Part shown: positions 17,380 through 42,505 of the stretch, in pieces
Layout: every line of letters begins with the position of its first letter
Numbering within the stretch: the stretch's first letter is position 1
Assembly: GCF_009914755.1 (NCBI RefSeq)
Contig: NC_060941.1
DNA from: the human T2T-CHM13v2.0 reference genome, Homo sapiens
Length of the DNA stretch: 64,000 nt
Reading direction: 5' to 3' (one strand)
Notes under the pieces: generated by a model
What the model was told of the DNA's origin: nothing
Databases searched by the model: none
The model's input: only the letters and a program-made list of their open reading frames with translations
Position numbers and translations under genes: made by a program

Positions 17380-18241
17380 CAGTTGACTCTTGGACAACAC
17401 AGTTTGAATTGCATGGGTCCACTTATACACAGATTTTCTTCCACCTCTGCCACTCCAAAACAGCAAGATCAACCCTTCCTCTTCCTCCTCTCCTCAGTCT
17501 ATCGAACATGAGGACAATGAGAATGAAAACATTTATGATGATCTGCTTCTACTTAATGAATAGTAAATATATTTTATCTTCCTTATGATATCCTTCCTTT
17601 CTTCCTTTCCTTCCTTCCTTCCTTCCTCTCTTCCTTCCTTCCCTCCTTCCCTCTCTCTCTCCCTCCTTCCTTCCTCCTCCCCACCACCTCTCTCTTTCTT
17701 TCTTTTTTAAAAAAATACAGATACATGGTCTCACTCTGTGGCCTAAGCTGGAGTATAGTGGTGCAATCATAGCTCACTGCAGTCTCTCCCTCCTGGGCTC
17801 AAGGGATCCTCCTGCCTCAGCCTCCTGAGCAGCTGGGACTACAGGCATGTACACCACACCCACCTAAGTTTTTAATTTTTTTTTGCAGAGACTGGGTCTT
17901 GCTATGTTGCCCAGAGTGGTCTTGAGCTCCTGGCCTCAAGTGATCATCCTGCCTCAGCCTCCCGAAGCGCTGGGATTACAGATGTGAGCCACTGCACCTA
18001 GCCTCTTATGATTTTCTTCATAACATTTTCTTTCTCTAGCTTACTTTATTATAAGAATACAGTATATAATACACATAGCATACAAAATATGTGTTAATCA
18101 ACTGCTTATGTTTTCAGTAAGGTTTCTGGTCAACAGTAGGCTACTAGCAGTCAAATTTTGGGGGAGTTGAAAGTTATACATAGGTTTTTGACTGTGCAGA
18201 TATTGCTTCCTCTAACTCCTACATTGTTCAAGGGTCAACTG
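17380..18241. mobile_element. Tigger2a/MER28-like MITE with nested AluJ
   Basis: TIRs CAGTTGACTCTTGGACAA / TTGTTCAAGGGTCAACTG with TA TSDs. Confidence 0.85.
17592..18003 (-). mobile_element. AluJ with (CCTT)n-derived tail (17592-17702)
   Basis: TSD CTTATGAT; polypyrimidine simple repeat. Confidence 0.85.
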
Positions 18242-18616
18242 TACATTAGAACCTATAGACTTGAATGAATTCCTTTCTTTTTACACTTATTTAAAAATAA
18301 AAATAAAAGCATTATATATTTATGAGCATTGTGACAAAACAGAAGGGAAACACACCTTTCCCTCTTCCCCCACCCAAAGCAGTTAATAAGTTTGCAAATC
18401 CAACTTAGAGTTGAAGGGAAGCATTATACTACCCTCTTTACTTTTCCCATATTGGAATAAGAGAAGAGGCCAAGGAAGAAATCAAAACTTGGGAGAGAGA
18501 TTGATAAATACTATCCACTGTTAGATTTAAGACATTCTGTAGATGAAATGTTGGCTTTTCAAGGGTTTCTTCACAGACCAATTTTTCTCCTGGACAGAAA
18601 GATGGATACTATCTAA

Positions 18617-18984
<368 letters not shown>

Positions 18985-19289
18985 AGGATATTGGTTTTTA
19001 AACTTTTCTAAGGCAGGAAAACCTTTTTTTTCAAATGAAAATTTCCTATGCTCTACAATTATGTAAAACAAATTGAAGCATAGCTGTTCCAGTCACAAAC
19101 AGTACAAGGGGCTTAGAGTCCTATGGCCTTTGAAACTCCCTCTTGGGACCCTGAGAAGCATAGTTCAAAAACCACTGCTCTACAGTAGGAACTCTTATTC
19201 TTGCAGGTGGTGACATAAATTGGAACCAATCACTCTGGGAAATAATTTAATAATATCTCCTTAAGGTGAAATGCACATACTTATGACCC

Positions 19290-19705
19290 TGTGCCAGTCT
19301 GTTCCTGCTGCTATAACAAAATAGCATAGACTGGGTAATTTATAAACAGTGTAAATTTAGTGCTCACAGTTATGGAGGCTGGGAAGTCCAAGATCAAGGC
19401 ACCAGCAAGTTTCATGTCTGGTAAGGGCCTTGTCTCTGCTTCCTAGATGGCACCTTGAACATTGTGTCCTCCAGAGGAGATGAACACTGTCCTCACATGG
19501 CAGAATAGATGGAAGGGCAAAAAAAAGGGAGGTTCCTAGCTAGTTCCCTCCAGCCCTTTTAGAAAGGTACTGTTAATCCATTCTTGAAGGCAAAGCCCTC
19601 ATGACTTAATCACTTCCCTAAAGGTACCACCTTTTAATACTATCACATTGGGTCTTAGGTTCCAACATATGAATTTTGGAGGAACACATACATTCAAAAC
19701 ATACC
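19290..19705. mobile_element. MaLR LTR (MLT1A/MST-like) within L1ME fragments
   Basis: GCTGCTATAACAAAATAGCATAGACTGGG...GGCTGGGAAGTCCAAGATCAAGG. Confidence 0.75.
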
Positions 19706-20361
19706 ACCTACAATTGAAATCCTAGTAATTATATACCAGAGAAACCCTCACATGTGGACACAAAGAGACATATGCAATACTTTTCATAATAGGATTGTCT
19801 TTATAGTAAAAAAAGAAAAACTGGAAATAACCCAGTCTATCTAAAAGAGAATGAATAAGCACATTACAATACAGTTATATCATAAGGTATTATGCAGCAG
19901 TGAAAATGAATGAACTAGACCTATACCTTTCAATATAGATGAATCTTCCAAATACTAAGTATAAAAAAGACTGTAGAATATATATAGTATGAAATTTTTT
20001 ATGAAATTAAAAAACAAGAACAATGTTGTATTCCTTAGATAGAATAAAAATAAGTGCATGGAAATGATAAACATGAAATTCAGAATAGTCTATCTCTCAA
20101 AGTAGCAGTCTATGGGAGGCTTTAATATATAGGTAATTTTTTTCTTAAGCTAAGAGTAGATACATGCTACTTATTATATCATCATTATACTTGCAGGTCT
20201 TTAATATTTTGTAATAAGTAAGGTTAAAAAAACTGCTCTAGAGTTATAAAAATTCTTATCTCTTGCTATTATTATATGATATTATTTATTGAGAGTTATT
20301 AATGATTGAAGCACATCTTAATAACTACTTTCCAGTTAAGGTTAAAAATAGCGAGTTTACC

Positions 20362-23300
20362 TGGCCAGAACAATCAGGCAAGAGAAATAAATAAGGGGCA
20401 CCCAAATAGGAAGAAAGGAAGTCAAACTATCCCTGTTTGCACACTACATGATCCTATATCTAGAAAATGCCATATTCAGCCCAAAAGCTCCTTAAGGTGA
20501 TAACCTCAGCAAAGTCTCAGGATACAAAATCAACGTACAAAAATCATTAGCATTCCTATACACCAACAACAGTAAAGCCAAGAACCAAATCAGGAACACA
20601 GTCCCATTCACAATTGCCACAAAAAAAATAAAATAAAATACAGCTAACCAAGTGATATGATTTGACTGTGTCCCCACCCAAATATTGAATTGTAGCTCCC
20701 ATAATTCCCATGTGTCATGGGAGGACCCAGTTGCAGGTAATTGAATCGTGGGGAGCAGGTCTTTTCCATGCTGTTCTCATGATAGTGAGTAAGTCTTACA
20801 AGATCTGATGGTCTTATAAAGGGGAGTTCCCCTGCACATGCTCTCTCTCTCTTACTTGCCACCATGTAAGACCTGACTTTGCTCCTTCTTTGCCTTCCAC
20901 CGTCATTGTGAGGCCTCCCCAGCCACATGGAACTGTGAGTCCATTAAACTTTTTTCTTTATAAATTACCCAGTCTCAGGTATGTCTTTATTAGTAGCATG
21001 AGAACAGACTAATACAGTAAATTGGTGCCAGAACTGGCATGCTACTGTAAATATACCCAGAAATGTGGAAGCGACTTTGGAACTGGGTAACAAGAAGAGG
21101 TTGGAACAGTTTGTAGAGCTCAGAAGAAGTCAGAAAGTTGTGGGAAAGTTGGAACTTCCTAGAGACTTGTTGAACGGCTTTGGCCAAAGTGCTTATAGTG
21201 ATATGGACAATAAAGTTCAGACTGATGTGGTCTCAGATGGAGATGAGGAACTTGTTGGGAACTGGAGCAAAGGTGACTTGCTATGTTTTAGCAGAGACTG
21301 GCAGCATTTTGCCCCTGCCCTAGAGATCTGTGGAACTTTGAACTTGAGAGATAATTTAGGGTATCTGGGGGAAGAAATTTCTAAGCAGTGAAGGGTTCAA
21401 GAGGAAGCAGAGCATAAAAGTTTGAAAATTTTGCAGCCTGACTACTATGCAATAGTACTATGTGTAGTACTATGCAATAAAAAAGAAAACCCCATTTTCT
21501 GGGGAGAAATTCAAGCCAGCTGCAGAAATTTGCATAAGTAACAAGGAGCCACATTTTAATCACCAAGACATGTGTAGAAAATGTCTCTGGGGCATGTCAG
21601 AGACCTTCATGGCAGCCTCTCCCATCACAGGTCCAGAGGCCTAGGAGGGAAAATGGTTTCATAGGTCGGGCCCAGGGACCCCCTTGCTGTGTGCAGCCTT
21701 GGGACTTGGTGCCCTGCATCCCATCCACTCCAGCTGTGGCTAAAAGGGACCAATGTACAGCTCAGGCCATTGCTTCAGCAGGTGCAAGCCCTAAACCTTG
21801 GCAGCTTCCACATGGTGCTGGGCCTGTGGGTGTGCAGAAATCAAGAACTGAGGTTTGGGAACCTCTGCCTAGATTTCAAGGATGTATGAAACTCCTGGAT
21901 GTCCAGGGAGAAGTTTGCTGCAGGGATGGAGCCCTCATGGAGTACCTCTACTAGGGCAGTGTGGCAGGGAAATGTGGAGTTGGAGCCCCCACGCAGAGTC
22001 CCTGCTGGGGCACCACCTAGTGGAGCTATGAGAATATGGCCACCATCTTCCAAACCCCAGAATGATAGATTCACCGACAGCTTGCATCGTGCACCTGGAA
22101 AAGCCAGAGACGTTCAATGCTAGCCTGTGAAAGCAGCCAGAAGGGGAGCTGTACCCTGCAAAGCCACAGGGGCAGAGCTGCCCAAGGCTGTGGGAGCCCA
22201 CCTCTTACATCAGTGTGACCTGGATGTGAGACACAGAGTCAAACGAGATCATTTCAGAGATTTAAGATTTTACTGCCCTGTTGTATTTTGGACTTGCATG
22301 GAGCCTGTAGCCCCTTTGTTTTGCCCAATTTCTCCCATTTGGAATGGATGTATACCCAATGCCTGTACCCCCATTGTATCTAGGAAGTAACTAACTTGCT
22401 TTTGATTTTACAGGCTCATAGGCAGAAGGGACTTGCCTTGTCTCAGATGAGACTTTGGACTGTGGACTTTTGAGTTAATGCTGAAATGAGTTAAGACTTT
22501 AGGGGACTGTTGGAAAGGGATGATTGGTTTTGGAATGAGGGAACATGAGATTTGGGAGGGGCCGGGGCAGAATGATATGGTTTGGCTGTGTCCCTACCCA
22601 AATCTTGAACTATAGCTCCCATAATTCCCACGTGTCATGGGAGGGACCTGGTGGGAGTTAATTGAATCATAGGGGTGGGTCTTTTCCATGCTGTTCTCAT
22701 GATAGTGAATAAATCTCACAAGATCTGATGGTTTTATAAAGGGGAGTTCCCCTGCGCATGCTCTGTCTCTTGCCTGCTGCCATGTAAGACATGACTTTGC
22801 TCCTTCTTTGCTTTCCACCATGATTGTGAGGCCTCCCCAGCCACGTGGAACTGTGAGTCCCTTAATTTTTTTTTTCTTTATAAATTACCCAGTCTGGGAT
22901 ATGCCTTTATTAGCTGCATGAGAGCAGACTAATACACCAAGGAAGTGAAAGATCTCTACAAGGAGAACTACAAAACACTGCTCAAAGAAATCAGAGATGA
23001 CACAAATGGAAAAACATTTCATGCTCATGTATTGGAAGAATCAATGTTGTTAAAATGGCCATACTTCCCAAAGAAATTTATAGATTCAATAAAATTCCTG
23101 TTAAACTACCAATGACATTCTTCACAGAACTAAAAAAAAAAACTATTCTAAAATTTATGTGGAACCAAAAAACAGCTCGAGTAGCCAAGCAATCTTAAGC
23201 AAAAAGAACAAACCTGGAGGTATCATGCTACCTGAGTTCAAACTATATACAGGGCTACAGTAATCCAAGCAGTATGGTACTGGTACAAAAGCAGACAAAT

Positions 23301-23460
23301 AGACCAATGGAACAGAATAGAGAACCCAGAAATAAGGCCACACACCTACAACTATCTGATCTTTGACAAAGCTGACAAAAACAAACAATGGGGACAGAGC
23401 TTCCTATTCAATAAATGGTGTTGGGATAACTGGCTAGCCATATGCAGAATATTGAAACAG
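20362..23460 (+). mobile_element. L1 ORF2 fragment split by THE1B
   Basis: GGATACAAAATCAA...CAGCTAACCAAG | GAAGTGAAAGATCTCTAC continuity across THE1B. Confidence 0.85.
20653..22936 (+). mobile_element. Complete THE1B MaLR element (LTR-internal-LTR) inserted in an L1
   Basis: 364-bp LTRs at 20653-21016 and 22573-22936 with TGATATG...AATACA ends; ~1.55-kb internal region; perfect 5-bp TSD CCAAG; L1 ORF2 resumes afterwards. Confidence 0.93.
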
Positions 23461-23571
23461 TTTTTTAGGGAATAGCCAAATCTGGAATCTATTAAATTGT
23501 CTATCAACAGTAGAATAAATAAATTGTAATATAGTTATACAATAATATACTACGTAGCAATGAATAACAAC

Positions 23572-23994
23572 TGTTAAAAGAAAAGCTTTAGACAAATTGA
23601 ACAGAGTGTAATCGAACAAAGAACAATTCAGGAATCAGGCAGCTTCCAGAACCAGAAAAGGATCAGAGCAACTCCAGGGCTATCACAAGGTCACATGACA
23701 TTTACGGACACAAAAAGGAAAGTGATGTACAGAAAACAGAAGTGAAGTGCAGAAACAGCTAGATTGGTTACAACTGGGCACTTGCCTTATTTGAAGCTGG
23801 TTTGAACAGCTGACTGTCTGTGGTTGACAGAAGTTTGGCTGCTGTGATTGGCTCACACTCAGCTACTTGTTACAACAGTAGGTTATGGTCTTTTTACACA
23901 TCAAGTTTGGTTACAGTTCACTATGTATGGAGAAACCTTTAGGCCAAACTGAAAATTTGTATGGATGCAGCTTTAGACCAAACTTGATTTAACA
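23572..23994 (-). mobile_element. ERV1 solo LTR (MER57-like)
   Basis: TGTTAA...TTAACA termini, 4-bp TSD CAAC on both sides. Confidence 0.75.
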
Positions 23995-24217
23995 CAACTA
24001 ATGCCACACAACATGACCCTAAGTGGTTATGTTGTTGAGTAACAACAGATATAAAAGAGCACATACTCTGTGATTCCGTTAATATGAGGTTCAAAAGCAA
24101 GCAAAATTAACCTGTAGTGTTAGAAGTCACGGGAGTGATTGAAAGAAGGAAAGCGGGGAGGGAGGGAGAGAGAGAAAGAAAGAGAGAGGTGGGCTGGGGA
24201 GAGAGAAAAAGAGAAAT

Positions 24218-33500
<9,283 letters not shown>

Positions 33501-35217
33501 AGTTTTTATCATTACAAATGGAAACTCCATTTAGTAAGCCTTTCAAAGCTGAAGATTTGTGTCTTTCTTCAGTTCTGAGAGATTTCTTACATTATTTATT
33601 TGAATATTTCATTATGTCTAACACTTGGCTTACACCTTCTGACACTTTTATAAGATTAATATTAAATGTTCTGGATTGGCTGGGCATGGTGGTTCATGCC
33701 TGTAATCCTAGCACTTTGGGAGGCCAAGGTGGGTGAATCACTTGAAGCCAGGAGTTCAAGACCAGCCTAAGCAACATAGTAAGACTTTGTCTTTATCAAA
33801 AAAGAAAAAAATACAAAAATTCGCTGGGCATGGTGGCATGCACCTGTAGTCCCAGCTACTTGGGAGGCTGAGTATATGCTGTCATATACTCATATACGTA
33901 TACATATGGGTATATGGTGTCAACATGATGTGTTACTGTTGATGTTAATAATGATTGTTAGGCTGTGATAGTATTTGTCAGGTTTCTCTACTGTAAAGTT
34001 ATTTTCCCTCTCCCATTTCCATATTGTACTCTTTGAGAGGAAGTCACTATATGCAGTCCGCACTTAAAGAGAGGGGAGTCATGCTCAACATCCTTGAGTG
34101 TGGAGTATCTACATAAATTATTTGGACTATTTCTGCACAGGAAATTTGTCTTTTTACTTATTTACTATAGTTTTTTTTTTCAGCACTTCCTTACTTTCTG
34201 GCACTACAAGATATTCCAGGCACTACAAGATATTCTTGTATATATTTCCTATATACAACATGAGCCCAATCCTATAATCAGCTGTATCTCCAAGGAGTTC
34301 TGATTTTTTTAATTGGAGAGTGATATTAGAAACCAAGATGTGAGCACTAGATGGTCTACGTTCTCTTAAGTGTTCTTTTTAATAACTTTTAATTTCTTCT
34401 AATTTCTCTGCTCTGAGGATATTCTTTTAAAGACTCCTTACATTTGTTCTATTTAATGGTATTTCCTTGGGTGGCATTAGTTATTCTGTTTGTTGAATTT
34501 AGTCATGGGGATGATTTTTCTTAAACATTCTGTGAATGTGTGCTTACATTTGAATTTGAGATTCTCTATTTGCTTTCCTATAGAGTTACTGTTTTCTATA
34601 GTCTGATGCCAGTGGGGGAAGGACAAGATGTGCAGACAGTGAAGCTGTCAATAGGTCATTTTCTCTGCGTGTGGAAATCTTGCTTCTCTAGCCTAAACAT
34701 CTATATACCTTAACTCAGTGCAGGGGAAAACCCTTCTGGTGCCTGATGATTAGCTCAAATGGGAATTAAGATACACAAAAAGGTCAGTCTTTCTCCTATG
34801 ACCCATATCTACATCCTCTAAACTTGGGGTGCCTCAAATCTGCTCCCAAATTTTATAGTGGTCTCCACCGTATCTTTTTAGTCCTATAGTTTCTTCAATC
34901 AGTTGAATTCCCCTGCTTTACATTTTTCAGAGATCTTCAAAATTCCTGACTCCTGAAGGCCCCCTTCATGATTGTAGTATTCTTGCGCATTTTTTAAATT
35001 TTAAAAACATACACACAACTTTTCCTGTCATTGCTAGAGATTTTGGTAGGGGAGGGGATATAGGTGCCTGTTCTCAGTCTACCATCTTGGTCTAATATCT
35101 CCGTCCTGCATTTAAAAAATGAAGACATAAAGGAAGCTGGGAATAAAATGAAGAGAAATGTATTTAAATATACATGTGTGGTAGACTCTTTGCTTACTCA
35201 CCACACATTTCCTCACC

Positions 35218-35503
35218 TTTTTTTTTTTTTTTTTTGAGACAAAGTCTCACTGGAGTGCAGTGGCATGATCGTGGCTCACTGCAGCCTCGACCTCCAGGGC
35301 TTAAGTGATCCTCCCACCTCAGCCTCCTGAGTAGTTGGGACCACAGGTGTACGCCACCATGCCTGGCTAATTTTTTTATTGTTTGTAGAAACAGCATCTT
35401 CCTAATGTTGCGTAGGCTGGTCTTGAACTCCAGGGCTCAAGCAGTCCTCCCGCCTTGGCCTCCCAAAATGTTGGGATTACAAATGTGAGCCACTGCGCCC
35501 AGC
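35218..35503 (-). mobile_element. AluJ
   Basis: Antisense dimer upstream of exon 4. Confidence 0.88.
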
Positions 35504-36073
35504 CTTCCCTACCTTTTTGCCTGCCAACTGAACCTCAGTGTTGTAGCAGATGAAAATCACTTGTTATCAGAGAATTTGAACCAAACCCTGGCACCAAGAA
35601 ATAAGTTATAATTTGTCTATACTATTCATAGTAATCCCATTTCCCTTTACCAGCGATTGGTCTGGGCGTGGGCATGTATCCTAGTTAGGGCAGATGAAAT
35701 GTAAAGGGAAGTCTTAGAGTGGGGAGTCTGGGATCTTCTCCTCTTGGATAATAAAACAGAGCCTCAAGAGGAGAAAAACCCTTTGTCCTCTATGCTTTTT
35801 TGCTGTGAGGAAGTGATGGCTGGAGCTCTAATAGTCGTCATGTGATCATGAGGTACAAGCAAAAAAATGAACGAAAATAAACAGAAACAGCCTACGTATT
35901 TAATGAAATCACTGAACTGCTAAATGGCTTCTGATTAAGTCAACAATAAATGTCTTTATGGTTAAAGTCACTTTGTCTGATTTTCTGTTATTTTCAGCTG
36001 ACATTCTTCCAATCCACTGTGTAAATGGATATAAAAATTTTTTCAAATATTATTCTAAAGTCACATAGATTAA

Positions 36074-36709
<636 letters not shown>

Positions 36710-37965
36710 TAGTTTCAGTTCATGATCTGTCTCCTTACATTGAAAAACTAGTAGAAAAAATAACATAATCATGGACAGGACTTAAAACAAGTGATTCTAC
36801 AGTTATTCAGAAAGTATTTATTGAGCTACTAGTATGTGCTTCACTCTTTTTGAGGCACTGTGAAGACTAACAAAATAAATAAGTTCCTTGTATTCATAGA
36901 TTTAATTATCTCACTATGACTGCAAGTGTATAATGATTTGTATTTTTATTTATCTGCCTGCACTGGAAAGTAAGCTATATGAAAGTTGGAACTTTTTAAA
37001 AATTTAATTTTCCATATAGGCAATCTGGTTTAAAGGTCAATATGTAAAAAAAGTTATATAGTGAAAAGTTTCCCTCCCATTCTTATCTTCCATCTACCCA
37101 ATATTCCACCTCCACCATAAATAACTACTATTCTTAATTTTCTATAGATCCTTATAGAATTTCTTTATACATACATAAGGAAATGCAAACATGGATTATT
37201 AATTTTTTCTTTTACACAAAAGCATGTGATACATGTTACAAATACCCATTTTTACCTGCCATTTATCTTTTTTCATGTAGAAGATTTTTTATTTCTATAT
37301 AGTCAAATTTAACTTTTCTTTTATGGCATCAGGATTTTGAGGCACTGTTACATTTCAAAATATTAAAAGAATTCTTCCATGTTCTCTTCCAGAATTATTA
37401 TTTTAATTTTCATTTTAAATACTGACTCATTTGGAATTTAACCTACTGTAACATGTAAGGATTCAACTTTATCCTTTTTCAAATGTCTACTTAGTGGTCC
37501 CAATAAGAGTTGAGTAGTCTATCTTTGCCCCACTGGTTTGGGATTGAGCCTTTATTAATAAATTCATATATATTTTGGGGTGTATTTCTGCATTTTTCCA
37601 TCCTATTCCATTGGTCAGTCTCCCTTTCATGCATTCGTACCACACTGCTTTAACAATTGAGACTTTTAAATATATTCCATAGATCTGACAGTGCTGGTCC
37701 CCACTATTTGCTCTTCTTCTTTTCTGATGTTTCCTGGCTATTTTTGTTTGTTTACTTTTTTTATATGAATTATGGGAGTAACTTGTCTACTTGAAAAAAA
37801 ATGGGGAGGGAAAACGAAAAGACAAACCTTACAGGAATTTTTATTGAAATCTGATTACATCTATTAATACTCTTAGAAAACCAACATCTTCAAGGCTGCA
37901 ATTAGCCAAAATTACACCACTGCACTCCAGCCTGGGTACCAGAGCGAGATCCAGTCTCAAAAACA

Positions 37966-37966
<1 letters not shown>

Positions 37967-38026
<60 letters not shown>
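37967..38026. repeat. (CA)n microsatellite at the tail of an Alu fragment
   Basis: About 29 CA units with one TA interruption. Confidence 0.95.
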
Positions 38027-38103
38027 CAGAAAACCAACATCTGTAATAATGATGAGTGTTTCGGGGTGTCTTTCCATTTGCTCATCTTATTTTGTGTGAA
38101 TTA

Positions 38104-38419
<316 letters not shown>

Positions 38420-39359
38420 GATTTTAATGTAGGTTTTGTATCTCTTTTATTAGATTCATTACTAGTTATTTTTATCATTCTTTGTTGCTATTTTAAGCAG
38501 GGCTTTCTTCTGTTACTATATTTTCTATCTGGATGTAGTCTGAAGACATGAAAGCTACTAATTTCTATATATTTTTGTACCCTGCTACCTTACTGAGTTC
38601 TCTTACAGTAACATTTTAGTTGGTTTCTTGGGTTTTCTAGGGAGGTAACCATTGTCTGCAAATAATAGTAGTTTCCCTTCTTCCTTTTCAATTTTTATAC
38701 TAATATCCTACTACCTCCAATACAATATTAAATAATAATGGTGATATGGGCATCCTTGTCTTTTTACAACTTTAGTAGAAATGCTGCTTCTGTTACTGCT
38801 TCATTATGGGCAGTTTTTATATTACTAGTTCTGTTCCATTTGGATATGAAAAACATTTTATCTCAATGGGAAAATGTACCTAATTTCTACCTTTCAGAGT
38901 GATTTTTAAAAATTAAGACTTGATTTTATCAAATGCTTTTTCAACACCTATGAAAGTGATAATATGATTTTCACCTTAGATTCCTTAATGATGAATTTTA
39001 CTAATAGATTTCCTACTATTCAATTACCTTAGAATTCCTGAAATAAATCCTGCTTGGTTGCTATGTATTTGGGTACACTGAAATATGCTTTCTACTTGTA
39101 AGACAGAATATTTCTTTCCTTTTAATTACAGATTTTTCAGAATACGGTATATATCTATCTACCTATCAATAGTCACCACTAGTGGCAGCAAATGAAAAAT
39201 GTTTTCCCCTTTTGGGAAAGGGTTCCTTTTTCAGTATCATCATGGATGCATGGATTTTAATATATATTCAATATATTTTAATCAGTTATAGTCTTTTTTT
39301 CTGTTAGATGCTCAAATTGCACCAACTTTGGCTTCTGTTTTCTGACATTACCCCTTTAG

Positions 39360-39683
<324 letters not shown>

Positions 39684-39809
39684 AGGCATTTTTTAAATGG
39701 ATTCCTGGCTCCTTTTAAAATGGGGATCACTCACTTGTGAGCTAGGAGTGCTCATAAATATTGTGTAGTCATTGTTTCTAGGCCCTTCAGGACTAAAACA
39801 TATAATTTT

Positions 39810-40718
39810 TAGAGTCAATGACCCGTGACCAGACATCACCTGCAGCCTCTTCAGGCGTGCCACCGCTGCCGGGCCTGCTGTACGACCCGCGGGCTCTGGG
39901 CCATGCCTGCTCTTGCGCCCGGCTCAGGAGGACCCTTCTTGATCCAGGAGTGGACCCTGGTCTCATTGGAGCCAGTTGGGGTCTTGTGGCGGCCTGTTAG
40001 GGATGTGATCCAGCGCTTTGGAGGCAGGGCTTCAAGCTGGTAGGGATGAAGATCCTGTGGCCGGCCAGAAAGCGTCCTTGCTGAACACTACCAGGACCTG
40101 CGAAGGAAGCCCCTCTACCCAGCCCTCCTTAGCTATGTGAGCTCCAGGCCTGTTGATGGCCATGGTCTGGGAAGGGTACAATGTGATCCATGCCTCGAGG
40201 GCCATGATAGATACCCTGACAGGGTTGAGGCTGACTCTGTGACCATATGGGGAGACTTCAGCGACGTCCACATCAGCAGGAACATCATTCACACCAGCTA
40301 TTCAGGGTAGGGGGTCAGAAAGAGATCCAGCTGTGGTTTGAAAGCAGTGAGCTGGTGAACTAGCTCCCCTAGACAGGGGCCACTGCAGGAGCGTCTTCCC
40401 AGCCAGAGGGCTCAGGCTCCCCTTGGCCACCCCAGCCTTGGTCCACCAGGACCAACTACTTCTGTCACAGGAACCCAAGCCCACACTCCTACAAGTCTCT
40501 CCCAAACCACTTCCCTGTGTACATTCTGCCCTACCCCACCCTGGAGGACTTTGAGCCACAAACTTTATGTGCCTTTCTGTATCTTAGCCAGCACAAGATT
40601 GGGCCAAATCCTTTCTGCACCAAACTGCCAGACAACCTTTGGGGTGTCTTCAAAAGTGGGTAAGGCAACCTCTCCTCCCGCAAAAGGGAGACATTAAAAT
40701 TCGCTGTGCTGAGAAAAG
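39810..40718 (+). pseudogene. Processed pseudogene of NME4 (mitochondrial nucleoside diphosphate kinase)
   Basis: Intronless, frameshifted NDPK motifs [58 protein letters not shown]; NME4-type N-terminal leader; ATTAAA 40693-40698, short A tail; degenerate TSD AAACATATAATTT (39796-39808) / AAATATGTAATTT (40719-40731). Confidence 0.9.
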
Positions 40719-40814
40719 AAATATGTAATTTAAAAAATGAGTTAATATTGACAGTTGCATATTAATGTTTCAGGTCTTTATCTAATTTCTTTGACATTTA
40801 TATTTCCTTTTTCC

Positions 40815-41109
40815 TTTTTTTTTTTTTTTTTGAGACAGAGACTTGCTCTGTCACCCAGGCCGGAGTGCAGTGGCGGGATCTTGGCTCACTGCAACCTCTG
40901 CCTCTGGGTTCAAGAAATTCTCTGCCTCAGCCTCCTGAGTAGCTGGGATTACAGGCACCCGCCACTACACCCTGCTAATTTTTGTATTTTTCGTAGAGAC
41001 AGGGTTTCACCATATTGGCCAGGCTGATCTTGAACCCCTGACCTCGTGATCCACCCGCCTCGGCCTCCCAAAGTGCTGGGATTACAGGCGTGAGCCACCG
41101 CGCCTGGCC
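40815..41109 (-). mobile_element. AluS
   Basis: TSD TATTTCCTTTT. Confidence 0.9.
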
Positions 41110-41205
41110 TGTATTTCCTTTTATCTTACATAGAAAATCTTGGTTCCTAATGACATTGACATAATTACTGATTTGTTTTATCCTACAGTTTACATAAAAG
41201 CTTCA

Positions 41206-41531
<326 letters not shown>

Positions 41532-41602
41532 TTACTAATAATAAAAATATTAAACAAGGCTTTACATTTATTTGCAGCTTTTTTGTCCTTAGAATATATC
41601 CT

Positions 41603-41888
41603 TGCCAGGTGCAGTGACTCACACCTGTAATTCCAGCACTTTGGGAGGGATCTCTTGAGCCCAGGAGTTCGAGACCAGCCTGGGCAACATAGCAAGACCC
41701 CGTCTCTACAAATAATAATAAAAAAATTATCTTGGCTTGGTGGCACATGCCTACTACTGCCAGTTACTCCAGAGGCTGAGGTGGGAGGATCACTTGAGCC
41801 TGGGAGATCAAGACTGCAGTGAGCTGGGTCATGCCACTGCACTCTATCTTGGGTGACAGAGCAAGACCCTGTCTCAAAAAAAAAAAAA
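41603..41888 (+). mobile_element. AluJ
   Basis: TSD AGAATAT. Confidence 0.85.
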
Positions 41889-42059
41889 GAATATGTCTCA
41901 CTAGGTATATATATGTAAAAAATAGAGCCATGCAAAAAACTAGAAAAAAACAGGGATTAAATCCCTTTATGCTGGAGATAATCCTTTTTAACCATGACTC
42001 AAGATCATGAAAATTTTGGAAAATTTCATTACATAAAAAATGAAAGCGTTTTGCCAGGT

Positions 42060-42505
42060 AAATTGAGTCACAACTTCTCAGTTCTGCTGCTGTAGTGCAA
42101 AAGCAGTCATAGCATATATGTAAATGAGAGAGCATGGCTGTGTTCCAATGAAACTTTATTAGTGGATACTGAAATTTGAATTTCATATAATCTTCACATG
42201 GCACAAAATATTATTCATCTTTTGATTTTAAAAAATGATTTAGGCTGAACACAATGGCTCACACCTGTAATCCCAGCACTTTGAGAAGGTGAGGGCAGGA
42301 GGATTACTTGAGGCCACGAGTTCAAGACCAGCTTGGGCAACACAATGAGACCCTATCTCTAAAATAAATAAATAAATAAATAAATAAAATAATAAAATTT
42401 TAAAATACAAAACTAAAAATATAACAACCCCTCAGCTTTTGAGCCATACAAAACCAGTCAGTGGGCCAGATTTAGCCCCCAGGTTGTAATTTGCTGACCT
42501 TTTGT
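42060..42505. mobile_element. MER58-like hAT MITE with nested Alu monomer (42242-42395)
   Basis: GGCTGTGTTCCAATGAAACTTTATT and GGGCCAGATTTAGCCC motifs. Confidence 0.7.

Noticed and set aside
34200-34235. Short tandem duplications (also ~21441-21479 and ~51686-51712)
   Set aside because: Two-copy slippage duplications; no CRISPR-like repeat-spacer array
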